Assembly (NCBI GenBank): GCA_964016885.1
Contig: OZ024742.1
Coordinates: 95,852,001-95,916,000, forward strand
DNA length: 64,000 nt
Reading direction: 5' to 3'
DNA from: Eledone cirrhosa
Lineage: Eukaryota
The notes below the pieces were generated by a model. It did not search any database. It saw nothing but the letters and a program-made list of their open reading frames with translations, and was not told where the DNA came from. Below are positions 26,421 through 39,200 of the stretch, in pieces. The position numbers were made by a program, and so were the translations under genes. Numbering within the stretch: position 1 is the stretch's first letter; the number at the start of each line of letters is the position of its first letter.

Positions 26421-27860
26421 CTAGCTAACAGGTTTAAAGTAGAAGAAAGAGCTTAATATTCGGTGGGGGCAAGAGGAAAAAATTTCAGACTTTCTATTTA
26501 GTAGAGGGCATTTAGCAAATATAATAGAGTGGGATTCGGCAAGGCACAGGTTGCATACTCTACTATGAGGAGTATATGGATGGGATTTAGCAACCTGCCG
26601 CCAAGTAAGTGTGTAAGGTGTTCGTGCATTTTTTAAATTATGGACGTACGCTGCCAAGGAGGTGGAGTTCTTCAGTTTATTATGTCTAAAAGTGCATTGA
26701 TGAGAGTTAAACCTGGTCTTAAAGGGGGTGGAAGTTGATCCTATATAGGTCATAGTGGACGCCGTAGTTACCACATCACACGCATAAACTATGTTTCTAA
26801 CAAGGCAGAAACCATTCAGGGGGCAGCCCGAAGCCCTTCTACAGTTACAACCTCTGGTGATGCTATTCTCAGAAAGATCACCACCAGTGTTACTGCCCAC
26901 TCTATCCACTACCGTGTTTTCCCCTAGGCTTAGGTTGTCCAGGCCTTCCTTTATTTTCTTATTATTAGTAATGGCCAGATGAGAGGCTAGATTTTGGGTT
27001 GTAGAATATGAAAGTTTAACAACATTCTTATTGAGGATAGAGTGGTACCTATTACCAGGAGGGAAGTTCCGTTCTAGCACAGAGAAGAAGGCCCTAGGAA
27101 TATTTGTAGCCACTTCAGAATTAAAAGGGGGGTTGAAGTATGTATTCAATCTTCTTCTATTCTTTTTATTCTTTCTATTTCCATCAGTATTATTAGCATT
27201 ATTATTTCTACGGTTCCTATGCTCACCTAGTCTATGCGGGGAGCTGCGAGGCCCACCATTGCTATTACTTAGACTAATGGTGCCCTGCTGGTTCATTCCA
27301 CCGGCATCTAGAAACCTCCCATTCACGACACCTCTATTGTTATTACTTAGACTAATGGTGCCCTGCTGTTTCATTCCACCGGCATTTAGAACCCTCCCAT
27401 TCGCGACACCTCGATTACCAATGGACATATTATGTGTTATAACAACACTGGTAGAGCTACTATTAGGACCATTATTTCCCTGGGTGTAATACAATTTGTC
27501 CCTAAAGCCGGATCTAGCTAAGGCGTCGTTATAGTAATCAGCCTGCGAGTCAAACGCCTCCTCACTATGTGAGAGTGAACTTATTCTATTAGATACGCCC
27601 TTCAGTATACCGCTGATGACAGACCTAGGGTGGTTGGAGTAGGTATTCACGTAAGTCAGCAATTCATTGGGCTTATGGTACGGTGTGTACGTATGGTTAT
27701 CCAAGTCCAGTGTAACATCTAGGAAGTTCACAGTTCTATCATTTACATCCATTGTAATGGATAGGTTAAAAGTTTTAAAAAAGCTATGCAGCTTTTTCCT
27801 AATGCGCTCTATATTATACTTACTAGTATCTATGGAGAGTAGGGCGTCATCTCGGTACAA
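26421..27860 (-). CDS. Penelope-like polyprotein, C-terminal 479 aa (RT from YRDD, thumb, linker, GIY-YIG endonuclease)
   Basis: [53 protein letters not shown]...YIGST...[26 protein letters not shown]; uninterrupted frame. Confidence 0.93.
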   Translation of the reverse strand: MYRDDALLSIDTSKYNIERIRKKLHSFFKTFNLSITMDVNDRTVNFLDVTLDLDNHTYTPYHKPNELLTYVNTYSNHPRSVISGILKGVSNRISSLSHSEEAFDSQADYYNDALARSGFRDKLYYTQGNNGPNSSSTSVVITHNMSIGNRGVANGRVLNAGGMKQQGTISLSNNNRGVVNGRFLDAGGMNQQGTISLSNSNGGPRSSPHRLGEHRNRRNNNANNTDGNRKNKKNRRRLNTYFNPPFNSEVATNIPRAFFSVLERNFPPGNRYHSILNKNVVKLSYSTTQNLASHLAITNNKKIKEGLDNLSLGENTVVDRVGSNTGGDLSENSITRGCNCRRASGCPLNGFCLVRNIVYACDVVTTASTMTYIGSTSTPFKTRFNSHQCTFRHNKLKNSTSLAAYVHNLKNARTPYTLTWRQVAKSHPYTPHSRVCNLCLAESHSIIFAKCPLLNRKSEIFSSCPHRILSSFFYFKPVS

Positions 27861-27883
27861 CCCGATACTTATATATGTATATA

Positions 27884-27958
<75 letters not shown>

Positions 27959-27993
27959 GTGTATATATACTTATATATATATATATGTATACT

Positions 27994-28031
<38 letters not shown>

Positions 28032-28095
28032 CTTATATATATATATATATTTGTATATATGTGTATATATACTTATATATATATCTCTATATATA

Positions 28096-28145
<50 letters not shown>

Positions 28146-28148
<3 letters not shown>

Positions 28149-28785
28149 AAAAAGAGATAAAATCGAAAATGCAACTGGAGTCTTATTTTTTTTTTTTAAA
28201 TATATATATTTATTTGGTTCCTTTACCGGTTTCGCAGTTCTTCTGCTTTTCAAAAGTAGAGTTGAGATGGAGGGTCTGTGGTTTTTCTCACATCTGGTTG
28301 GTCTCTGAATGTTACTTCTTTTATATGGAAAAAGTGGCTCGAAATGCCAAGTTTTTCGAGAAGTAATTTGATTGGTTGGTCAATAATTATAATAAATTTC
28401 GCGCCAGTTCGCGTTACAATAGTTCTTCAAATAAGAGGGGGGTTGCTACAGGTTGTTTTTTTCATATATGACTGTTTGAATTTCTTTTTACTTGAAAAAA
28501 GAGGCTCACGAAGGTTTTTTTTTATTGGTTATAAATGAAATTATTGCTGTCACGTGAACAAGTTTTCATTAAATTTTCACGCCCTTATTTGGAAATCCAT
28601 TCTGTAGCCTTTTTAGAGAATGTTATGACAAGTGAAAGATAATGGTCAAGAGAAATGGGATGGGAGAATTGTTCTGGTTCAGTGAATATGGTTAGTTCGC
28701 TGGGGTGTCAGAATTCAGATTTTCTATTGAATAAAGAAAGTAAAGATATGTATGTTTATTTGTGTGCTTGTATGTGTGTGCGCGC

Positions 28786-28858
<73 letters not shown>

Positions 28859-29154
28859 AATTTCTTTACTTTAAAAAAAGGGTGGCTCACGAAGGCTTTT
28901 TTTAAATAAACGTGCTTTGATTGGTTATAAATGACATTTGGCTGTCACGTGAACAAGTTTTCATTACATTTCCGCGCCCTTATTTGGAAATCTATTCTGT
29001 AGCCTTTATAGAGAATGTTATGACAAGGAAAACATAGTGGTCAAGAGAAATGGGATGGGAGAATTTTTCTGGTTCAGTGAATATGGTTAGTTCGCTGGGG
29101 TGTCAGAGTTCAGATTTTCTATTGAAGTAAAGATATGTATGTTTATTTGTGTGC

Positions 29155-29190
<36 letters not shown>

Positions 29191-29567
29191 TGGAAGATGA
29201 TTCTATTAGTAGAAATGGGGGAGGGAGTTGTGTGTGTGTGTATATGGGTGTTGTGTGTGTGTGCGAGTATGTTAAGATGGAGAGAATATATATTTTGTGT
29301 GTGTGTATATATGTGTGTAGGAAAGTGGTTCTATTAGTAGAAATGGGGGAGGGAGTTGTGGGTGTGGGGGTTGTTATGTGTGTGTATGGGCGTTATTTGT
29401 TTCTCTTTCCGTAATTCATCAATGCCTATTGCTTTAGCCCTTTCTATTCCATTATTTATTAGTAATAGTGGGTACTCTCTCTCGAGTAGAATTTCCTTTA
29501 ATTCTTGAAGTCTTTTATTTCGCGTTTCATAATTGGAGACAATTGTGCAAATTCTTCTTGCTAGGTG
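28146..29567 (-). mobile_element. Internally rearranged Penelope-like remnant with RT-thumb fragment, tandem duplication and 3' hammerhead
   Basis: LARRICTIVS...LQELKEILLEREYP...GIERAKAI at about 29400-29565; duplication about 28495-28860 / 28875-29190; 3' end homologous to 41086-41215. Confidence 0.75.
28221..28256 (-). ncRNA. Minimal type I hammerhead motif, U3-A8 core
   Basis: Minus: ctt TTGAAAA gcag aagaa ctgc GAAAC cg GTA aag. Confidence 0.75.
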
Positions 29568-29653
29568 TATATATATACACTTATATATGTATACACTTAT
29601 ATATGTATACACTTATATATGTATACACTTATATATGTATACACTTATATATG

Positions 29654-29687
<34 letters not shown>

Positions 29688-30563
29688 CTAAATGGATTAG
29701 AATGAAACGAAATTTCATTTCTCACTCTTAGTATGGCACTTACTTAAATGTAAGTATGTATGTATACATACATATATGTATACAGACGTACAGTAGTATG
29801 TATATATATACACACATGCACACATATATATATATATATATGTCGTATCGGTTTACCGAACATTTATTATAATGCTCGGTTTGTTTGTTTGTTTGTTGTT
29901 TGTTTGTTTGTAAACAAACAAACAGTCCGAATTACCCCGTACAGTGTTTAGGCAACCACGTCACCTTTTTGTTCGACACTGACACAGGAACAATGTATTA
30001 GTTTCAAGCTTATTAGCTATCGTCAGCATCGTATACCTTCCTGCCAGATGGTTGAACGTCTGAAATTATATACTTTCCTTATGCATATTAACGGCTGAGC
30101 AGCCTAATTTGCATATCGAGTGATTTCAGTCGGCCGGGCACACCGAAAACGATAAATGGAATAGAATGAAATGAAATTTCATTTCTCACTCTTAGCACGG
30201 CACTTACTTAAATGTAAGTATGTATGCAAATTAGGCTGCTCAGCCGTTAATATGCATAAGGAAAGTATATACTTTCAGACGTTCAACCATCTGGCAGGAA
30301 GGTATACGATGCTGACGATAGCTAATAAGCTTGAAACTAGTATATCGTTCCTGTGTCAGTCTTGAACAAAAAGGTGACGTGGTTGCCTAAACACTGTATG
30401 GTGTAATTTGGGCCGTTTGTTTGTTTACAAACAAACAAACCGAGCATTATAATAAATGTTCGGTAAACCGATACGTGCATATATATATGTGCATGTATGT
30501 ATATATATACATACTACTGTACGTCTGTATACATATATGTATGTACGTATACATACATACATA

Positions 30564-30565
<2 letters not shown>
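29688..30565. mobile_element. Family-B insert with complex fold-back (about 29752-30115 inverted at about 30223-30565; terminus restarted at 30154-30222)
   Basis: Direct comparison of arms; two hammerhead copies on opposite strands. Confidence 0.88.
30306..30348 (+). ncRNA. Type I hammerhead motif (family B); mutated mirror copy at 29990-30032 on minus
   Basis: acgatg CTGACGA t agct aata agct t GAAAC ta GTA tatcgt. Confidence 0.78.
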
Positions 30566-30604
<39 letters not shown>

Positions 30605-30630
30605 TTATATATGTATATATATATATATAT

Positions 30631-31052
30631 ATATTGGTAAACGGAATAGAAAATGCTGACAAATTGTTCACAGTTGAAAAATGGTTTAATTAGGAATAAA
30701 AGAGTATTAGTGATTGTATGGGTTAGTATTCAGTTGTGGTTTTAAGTTTTTACCGGTTGCGCATTTCTAAATGCTTTTCAAAAATAATTTTGAGATAGAG
30801 TGTCCGTGCTGTTTGCTCAGATCAGAGCAAACAGCACGGACACTCTATCTCAAAATTATTTTTGAAAAGGATTTAGAAATGCGCAACCGGTAAAAACTTA
30901 AAAACTTAAAACCACAACTGAATACTAACCCATACTATCACTAATACTCATTTATTCCTAATTAAACCATTTTTCAACTGTGAACAATTTGTCAGCATTT
31001 TCTATTCCGTTTACCAATATATAATAACTTGTGTGTTACACCTCTATTCTTT

Positions 31053-31057
<5 letters not shown>
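30631..31057 (+). mobile_element. Near-perfect ~190-bp hairpin insert (30631-30818 / 30825-31020, 6-nt loop) with hammerhead-like motifs in both arms
   Basis: Arms are reverse complements; ttt TTGAAAA gcattt ag aaatgc GCAAC cg GTA aaa at about 30748-30784(-), with a mirror copy at 30859-30895(+). Confidence 0.9.
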
Positions 31058-31097
<40 letters not shown>

Positions 31098-31100
<3 letters not shown>

Positions 31101-31470
31101 TAAGTTATTCCGGGTTGAATCGGAGGTAACCACAGTAAGTAAGGTACTCAATACATAGCAGAGTATAAAAGTTTTAATATAGATGAGATTCTACAGGACT
31201 AGAACTGTTTCATACTTTAGAAATCATCAGGAATCTGGCTGTCCAAAATAAATGTTGTGGTATTTATATCTTTTCTGGTGGTAGGAGGGGTGGGGAGTGG
31301 GATGGGTGGAGGTCATTGGTTGAAAGAAAAAGGAATTCTTTAAAAGCTAATTCTTTACGGCTATAATTTATATTTAGAGTGACAAAGGCAGAAAGAATTC
31401 TATAAACAAGTTCAGATTGGGGAGCCACTCCTTATTTTTAAGTTTCTCTTAAGCTAACAATGCCATAAAT
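31098..31470 (-). mobile_element. Family-C insert with hammerhead
   Basis: Terminus homologous to about 35003-35120; GTACTCAATA at 31144. Confidence 0.75.
31186..31236 (-). ncRNA. Type I hammerhead motif (family C)
   Basis: Minus: agattc CTGATGA tttctaaagtat GAAACAG ttctagtc CTGTA gaatct; strong stems I and III, weak stem II. Confidence 0.72.
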
Positions 31471-31472
31471 AT

Positions 31473-31532
31473 ATAACGAGTGAATTGTGGTAAGGAACCA
31501 GGTGAACCATAACGCACCAGAGTACTCAATAC
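31473..31532 (-). mobile_element. Family-A terminal 60-bp fragment
   Basis: 'gtggtaaggaaccaggtg.accataacgcacca.agtactcaatactta' as at 5626-5674. Confidence 0.85.
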
Positions 31533-31904
31533 TTATATATGTATATCCTTATATATGTATATACTTATATATGTATATATATATACTATAAAAAAGAAAA
31601 TTTCGCTCTACATGGCTGAATACAATAAATGTGATCAGAGTTCTTCGAATATTAATAATAACATTCGATTTGTTTGTAATTATGCAAGCCTCAATGTTAT
31701 AGCCATGTCTTGCTCTTATGTTGGCATGCCATCATAAGAGCAAAAATTGAGGCTTGTTTACATAATTGAAAACGAATCAAATGTTATTTTTAATATTGGA
31801 TAAACTCAGGTTACATTTATATATATACTTATATATGTATATACTTATATATACTTATACTGTATATATATACTTATATATGTATATATATATATATATA
31901 CTTA

Positions 31905-31947
<43 letters not shown>

Positions 31948-32087
31948 TTATATATGTATATATATATATATATATACTTATATATGTATATATAAATAAA
32001 CGGAAAAAATGAAACGAAATTTCATATATATATATACTTATATATATATATATAATTGTATATATATATATATATATACTTATATAT

Positions 32088-32500
32088 GGACTTCACATGT
32101 GCTTTGAACACTGTGGGGTTCTGGTGCACGCTGAACAAAATGCCTGTTGAGAAAGTGATATCTTTGTTCGATCATTATACCAAGAGCTTATTATTTTTTA
32201 TAAGCAGACAGTATTTTTGATTTAGGTGTCACAGAAACCCTATATCGGATTATACAGTCATTCCCAAGGGTCCGGGTAAATATTTCAATCATATCTTATT
32301 TTTGTTTCACCCGCTTAGCTTGCTCGCTTTTTTGGCTTAGGTGGTTAATGGCTTCTTAACCATCCTCTCGGTTTTGTATGGCCTTTTTAACTTATGTTTA
32401 TAGCTCCGGTATCTTCATATCCATTGAGCGCTTGCAAACCAATTCGGAAGTTGCGTTTCGCTAATTTCTACCTATCAAAATACGATTCTTGCTAAATGTA
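32088..32500 (+). mobile_element. TA-flanked insert with decayed U3-A8 hammerhead-like motif
   Basis: ctg TTGAGAA a gtgatatc ... ggtgtcac a GAAAC (about 32145-32257); CATTGAGCGC at 32422; 3' part homologous to 19500-19735. Confidence 0.6.
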
Positions 32501-32527
32501 TATTTATATATATATATATATATATAT

Positions 32528-32569
32528 CCCAGCATGGCCTCAGCCGGATGGCTGAAACAGGTAAAAGAG

Positions 32570-32571
<2 letters not shown>
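32528..32571 (+). mobile_element. Extremely truncated CR1-type 3' tail in a TA tract
   Basis: cccagcatggcctcagcc...gctgaaacaggtaaaaga matches the 3' end of the LINE at 61451-61500 (minus). Confidence 0.8.
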
Positions 32572-32626
<55 letters not shown>

Positions 32627-33767
32627 CATATATATGTGTATGCGTTTATGTGTATAGTTATAGTTCTGCTATAATTTAATTGAAGTGGTGAAAGGCATTT
32701 TTGTTCATTTTGTCTCGAAAATTAATGATAATATTTAGTATGTCATTTTAGTTGAATTCGTTTTGCTCATAATCTTCATATTAGATTTAATTTCGAAACA
32801 ATATCTAACTACCTTCTCTCTTTCGTTTATATTTCATATTATTATTATTGTTGTTATTATTATTATTATTACCATCATTATTTTGTACTTGTGCTTATGC
32901 TCAAAGCCTATTAATATTATCATTATCATTGTTGTTGTTCTTGCTGACAGCTTTGGAAATTAAATTCTATACAAGTATTTTAATATTATCAATATCCTGT
33001 TGAATTTCATTTTTTTTACCCTTTTTTATTTCTATTTACTTTTTTCCTTGGTGAGATAATATTTTGCTAAACTGAAAATTAAGAATTTCTGACAATACTC
33101 AAGATAGAAATGAAGACACAACCAATAGAAAAAAATAAAAAATAAATATATAAAAATAATAATGAAAGAAAGAATGAATTAATGAAAAAAAAAGAAAGAA
33201 AAATATAAATAAAGGCATAACATATAGAAAAAAAAAGGAAGGTAAGATAGAAAGAAAGAATAAATGAAAGCAAAAGCAGCACTTAAAGTCCTTGTCATAT
33301 CAGAAACAATATTTGGTTAATTCTTCAAATGATATTAGCTTTTTTACCAAATCTCTTTGATAGCCAAACATTTATACTGGCAAATGGAACGTTCAAGATA
33401 TAAAGTGACAATTTTTCATATCATGTTTTTTTTTTTTTTTGTTAATTATTATAAATTCTATTCTTATTTTTTGTTTATTTTAAAATCTTATTCATCTTTG
33501 ATGTTGTTCTTGGATTTCAAATCTTTAGGGTATTTTTGTTTTTTGACTTTTCAAAGGTTAAATTTTGTTAAATTTATATTAATTTGTAACTAAATAGCTT
33601 TTCATATTTTATATATTTATTTATTTATTGCTTATACTCATCACTCTTTTAATTGCCACCAACATAATGAATTCTTTATTAGAAATAAATCAACCATGAA
33701 AGTGTGACTTTGGTGGTCATTTTTTTTTAAGCAAAAAACAAATTAAAACTTGTTAAGAAGTCTATTT

Positions 33768-34914
33768 AAGATTTAAGCTTCAAAAGCCAAATAAATTTTT
33801 AATTAATAAATAAAATGTCAAGAATATCAAACTACTTGAAGTAAACACAAACTGTTTGAAAGTTTTCCTTTCACCTACTTGGAAGAATAGGTCATTTTGT
33901 AGATGAACCTAGTTTAATTATTTTTCAGTTCCTACTCTAAGTTTGCAACATTTTGTTAACATTAATATGAAGTTTTCTTCTTTATTACATATACACAATA
34001 TAACTTTACATTTCCCACAACTTTATAGCATTAACACTTTTGATACCAAACTATCTGAAACTAGTGTTGGTTCTCCAATATATAACTGTTTGCTATGAAG
34101 TGTTTATATTTTTCTAAAGCCCCTTTATCATAATTATATGTAAGAAATGTTGTTTTGTTTCAAACACTAGCTGAACTCTTTCACAACCCTATTTCAATTA
34201 ATTAATGTAGAAATTTGAAGGATGTACTGAAATTATTGATTATGTCACAACAAAGATAATTCTTATCCGAAGTTAGGTTTCAAAATTATAATTTAAATCG
34301 GCACTCTTTAAAATTGGTGGTTTTGTTTCATAGATTCAGAGTTGGCTTTGTTTGTGTTGGTATCAACAGTGTTAATAAAGAATATCAGTAACAGTTGGAC
34401 CTCAGTTATTTATTTCTAATGGAACCTAAATAAGCACCAGTTTCTAGCAAATCTTAGTTTAGGACAGAAATTGACCTAATGTTTATTATCAGAAAGAATG
34501 TTTATTATCAGAAAGGTAACATGTGGATATCCAGGAAATTGGTGATGATCTGTGTTACAATAATATTCTAGGGGTATAATATTGTAATAGGTGGTCATTC
34601 TGGATGGGCATTTTAATTTGTAATAATTCCAAAGTAGATTTTCAAAATAAGCATGTCACTGTTATTTTTCTAAATTCTAGTGTGCATTGCTGAAAAGAAG
34701 CAGAGTAGTTTCATTCTGTGTGCCCCCACTCCTGTCAACAGTCCTATGTAATTCTACTTTGGAATCCCTTAATCACAACTTTATTAGGTGAAATTAAGAT
34801 GTAAGTTTCAAATGCCAAATAAATTTCTAATTAATAAAATAAAATGTCAAGAATATCAAACTACTTGAAGTAAACACAAGCTATTTGAAATCTTTTCCTT
34901 CACCTACTTAGAAG
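33768..34914 (+). repeat. ~120-bp dispersed direct repeat (33768-33886 / 34797-34914)
   Basis: Shared 'aaaatgtcaagaatatcaaactacttgaagtaaacacaa...ttcacctactt'. Confidence 0.8.
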
Positions 34915-34999
34915 TAATTCTTTGCTTCAACCATTCCATACGTACTTTACCAGCATGTCTCAAATCAAACACAAATTAACAAGTGAGTGATATATATGT

Positions 35000-35180
35000 G
35001 AGTCCCAGGTTCTATAGGGGGTAACCACAATAAGTAAGATACTCAATACATTAGTAGAATGTATACAACAAAATATAGAAATGGTGTCTACATGATGAGA
35101 ACTGTTTCATTTGAAAGCAATCACCATCCGATGATTTCCTTTGAATGAAACAGTTCTAGTCCTGTAGAAGCCATTTCTCT
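35000..35180. mobile_element. Family-C fold-back copy (arms 35077-35123 / 35132-35178) turning at the hammerhead core
   Basis: Plus arm reads ccgatga tttcctttgaat GAAACAG ttctagtc CTGTA gaagcc. Confidence 0.75.
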
Positions 35181-35183
35181 CTC

Positions 35184-35219
<36 letters not shown>

Positions 35220-35719
35220 TGGTGCAAAAATTTGTTTTTCCTACAAACCGAAGTGACAGCACCCCTTAGAATTCCCTCATTCACTCGCCCAGCGCAGTGT
35301 GACAACACATTTGTAAGTGTCTAGAAAGATCTTTTTGCTTTAAATAAAACAAAACATCTTAATTATTCTGAATAACTTAACATTGAGATATTTTATTTTT
35401 ATGTTTTATTAAAGTACTTGTGTCGATAAAATCAACTTCTCCCACCCCAACAATGACTGCCATTGTACTTAAATTGGAAACCATTATTTTTATATATATC
35501 TAAAGACAGTAGGTTAGCAGAGTCATTAGAGTATTGGTCAATATATTAGATAGTTCAGAAATTCATACACATTTTTAAACATTAAATTCAAAACAACATA
35601 TCCCAGTCCAGAATTGACTCTATTGATTGACATATAGCCATTATAATCTACACATTTTCCAACAAGACAAACATTTATTTATTCTGGTAACATAGAGTAC
35701 TGAAGTTCTGGTGGTAATG

Positions 35720-36260
35720 AATTCTTCAAAGGCATTTTCTGCAGCTTTGTTTGCTGAAGACATGAACTTCTCAAAAGGCATAAAAAAGGGTAGCCATTTG
35801 GAGTATCCTGCATTGAGTATCCTGGATGAGGCTATAATGGATTAATACAGCTGTGAACTACTAAAAAGTAACCATAAATTTCTTTTGTGTTATGAAGCTT
35901 CATTTTAGTCCAATCACTATGCTGAATATCACCAGTTGTTACGTATGATCCACTTTTCACTGCACATAACAATATGATTAAGAGATGGGTAGTTTTTGTT
36001 GCAAAAGAGAAATGAAGAGCAGACTTCATAATTCAATTCTCAAGCTTTTTCAACGTTCAAATTGTTTCTATGCGTACATCTTCCTCTTCTACAAGCTTTC
36101 AAACTGTTGAGTGAGGATTTGCTTCCACCTAAGCTATCAATTCATCTTTGGCAATGGTAGAAGGGCATGTGTAACTTTCTTTATCTTCAAGAGTGAATTC
36201 ACAACAATGGAATCTTTTAAATCAACATTGCATTTTGCATTTCAAAACACTTCCAGCTCA
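35720..36260 (-). pseudogene. Decayed mariner transposase relic
   Basis: Hand translation: KRFHCCEFTLEDKES...DELIA*VEANPHSTV and EVCSSFLFCNKNYPSLNHIVMCSEKWII, resembling the mariner HTH and IVTCDEKW motifs. Confidence 0.7.
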
Positions 36261-36361
36261 ATGTAAATTGTTTGTTCAGGTAATATTCAGAAGGTGATGA
36301 TCAAGGAGATAGCTGTTAAATAAAAAAATGAATAGATAAATAAATATATATATATATAGAG

Positions 36362-36715
36362 AGAGATCAAGATATGGAAAGTGAGATATCAATATAATAA
36401 AGTACATTTAACAGTAAATATTTATACTCATCTGAAGAGCTAGTAATTTTGGAGTTGAGTCCTATCACTACATAAGTATTAAGTAATCACCAATAGATTT
36501 GAGCTGAATTATAAGTGAAACATATTCAATGAAAATAAACCTATGTTAAATTGATGTCCTACTCTCTATATTTTGATACTTGTACACTGCTATTTCACTT
36601 GATGCTGGGCAGCAGGCATCTTTCATCTTTTGTGTTGTCACAGCTACATCAAATCATAGCATTGCATTGAGTGCTGAACTCTGTTTACACCTACAATAAT
36701 TACAATCAAACCGCA
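36362..36715 (+). mobile_element. Decayed insert with hammerhead-like motif (36428-36532)
   Basis: tcat CTGAAGA gct ... agt GAAAC atattca atga; CATTGAGTGC at 36665; TA-rich flanks. Confidence 0.45.
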
Positions 36716-37724
36716 TATATAAATATATAATGTTAATATCTGTCCCATGCCTAGAGCAACATGAAATGAAATGTTTTACTCAAGGATACAACATGTAATC
36801 TTGTCCATAATTGAACCTACAACACTAGAATCATATGCCCAACATCATAACTACTAGGTCACATGTCATGTTCATTATATTTAAGTATCAGTCCATTTAG
36901 TCCTGGGTTCAAATCCCATAGGGTGACATTTGATTTTCATCCCATTGAGAGTTGAAATGAATTCAATAATGCATATCATGTTATGATCAAATCAATTCAG
37001 CCTTTTGTCACAGAATTTGGCTTTGTGCCTTGCTGAAAACTGATAGAAATATCCATAACAAATATAATTGTTTGTACTTTAGGCACAAGGCCAGCAATTA
37101 CCCAGTACATTACTGGTACATAATGTTGTTGTTTATGGTGGTGGTGGTAGTGGTGGGTGTGGTGGTGATGGTGGTGGGTCTGGTGGTGATGGTGGTGGAG
37201 CGTGTAGTGGTGATGGTGGTGGTACTAGCATCAGTAGTAATAAGGACAACAATAATTGATGATGATGAGAGTGAATGCTGTGGTGGTGAGGATGGTGGTA
37301 AAGATAGTAACAAGAACAGCAATAAGTAATAATCATGGAGAAAGTGGTGATGATAATGATAGTGAAAGTGATGATGATGATGGCACAGAACAAATATGAT
37401 GGTGATGATGGTGAAGATGTTAGTGATGTTGGTAATGATAGTCGCAAGCACAACAAGTAAAAATAATGATTGATGTTAATGATGATGGTGTTAATGATGA
37501 TGGTGTTAATGATGATGACGTTAATGATGACAAGAATTGAAAAAATGTGACTAAACGACATATTCACACCAAAATACATGTGGGGACAGAATTAATGATT
37601 GATTTCTGTATCCAATTAGTCTGCTAGAAATAGCCACGAAAGTCTATTAAATCAGACCCTAAAAAGGGAAGGATACATTAGACAATGGATACATTGGATA
37701 GTTATGATTGGAAATCCTTTCAAC

Positions 37725-38130
37725 ATAGGTCCACATTGTAAAGTGCACCCAGTCCGCACTGTAAAGTGCGCCCAGTCCGCACTGTAAAGTGTGCCCAGTA
37801 CGCATTATAAAGTGCACCCAGTCCACACTGTGAAGTGGTCATGTTGATGTCACGATAAAAAGCAGCCAGTCTGCACTGTAATGTGGTCGTGTAAGTGTTA
37901 CAACAAAAAGCACTCAGTCCATGCTGTAAAGTGGTCATGTAGGTGACGCGGCAAAAAGCACCCAGCACACACTGTAAATGTGGTTGGTGTTAGGAAGGGC
38001 ATCCAGCCATAGAAACCAAGCCAAATCAGTTCTGTGTGAATGATGGTTCCCCCTACCTGATACTTCACCAAGGGACAGCTCGTCCTACCCATGCTAGCGT
38101 GGAAGATGAACATTAAACGATGATGATGAT
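37725..38130 (+). mobile_element. RTE-type 3' UTR with tandem 'cccagtccgcactgtaaagtg' units and GAT tail
   Basis: Same UTR motifs as 3960-4243. Confidence 0.8.
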
Positions 38131-38649
38131 AGGTCTGCATAGTTAATCAGAGCTTAGTAAGGTCCAACCAATAGCTACATCAACACATACATAGTTACAC
38201 ACATAAGTACCTGCATAGACATATATATAATCACACATGTACATACATTCATGCATTCATTGTTATACATACATACTTATGTACACTCTTATGAACATAC
38301 GCATTTTCAACCACATTATCAAACATGCACACATACAAACAAACACATACATACATAAACACCATATTTACACATATAAATACAAAAATACACACATACA
38401 TCTTCACATATAAACACATGCACACGTTCATACATATGAATAAACACGCATTCATACATCAACGTATATAAACACATGCGTAAATACAAAGACATAAAAA
38501 TACATACATTAACACATATATTAACATACATACTATACACACACACACCTATATACACACATACACACACATAATATATGACAGTCAATGTATAATATTT
38601 CAAAGAAATCAGATTCTCCTGATTTTTACAAATGGGAATTATTTCTGAC

Positions 38650-39200
38650 TGTCATGATGGTGGTGATGGAGTTGCTGATAGTGGTGTAGTTACTGGTGGT
38701 GGTAGTGGTGGTGGAGTTGCTGGTGGTGGGGGTGTTAGCAATGGTAGTGTGGTAGTGATGGAGTTGCTGGTAGTGAGGATGTTACTGGTGGTGTCATTGG
38801 TTTTATTGTTGTTGTTATTCATGATGGTGGTGGTGGTGGTGGTGGTGTCAATGGCGGTAGTGGTGTAGTTGGCGGTGGTGGTGGTGGTAGTGATATAGTT
38901 GCTTGTGGTGATGGTGTTAACAGTGGTAGTGGTGTAGTTGCTGGTGATGGTGGTGGTGGTAGAGGGGGTTAGTGGGGTAGTGGTGTAGTTGGTGGTGGTG
39001 ATTGTGGGGGGGTAGTAGGGGTAGTGCTGTAGTTGCTGGTAGTGTGTGTGTGGGGGGGGGGGGGGGGTAGTGGTGTTGATGATTGATGGTGGTGAGAGTG
39101 GCAATAGTGGTAGGAATGTAGTTGGTGGTAGTGAAGGTGTTAGTGGTGCTGTTGTTGATAGTGGTCGCAGTGGTGTCAATAGTGTAGTTATGATAGTTGT
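38650..39200. repeat. Degenerate (GGT/GTA)n low-complexity tract
   Basis: Seen directly; similar tract at 37125-37530. Confidence 0.85.

Larger units (their letters stand above)
24001..27868 (-). mobile_element. 5'-truncated Penelope-like retroelement: RT/GIY-YIG ORF, ~2.4-kb 3' region, terminal hammerhead
   Basis: ORF and hammerhead are on the same strand and the whole block is bounded by the same TA(CT)TA microsatellite. Assignment of all of 24001-26420 to the element is inferred. Confidence 0.8.

Noticed and set aside
38652-39179. Thr/Pro-rich mucin-like ORF
   Set aside because: Degenerate trinucleotide tract, not a gene.
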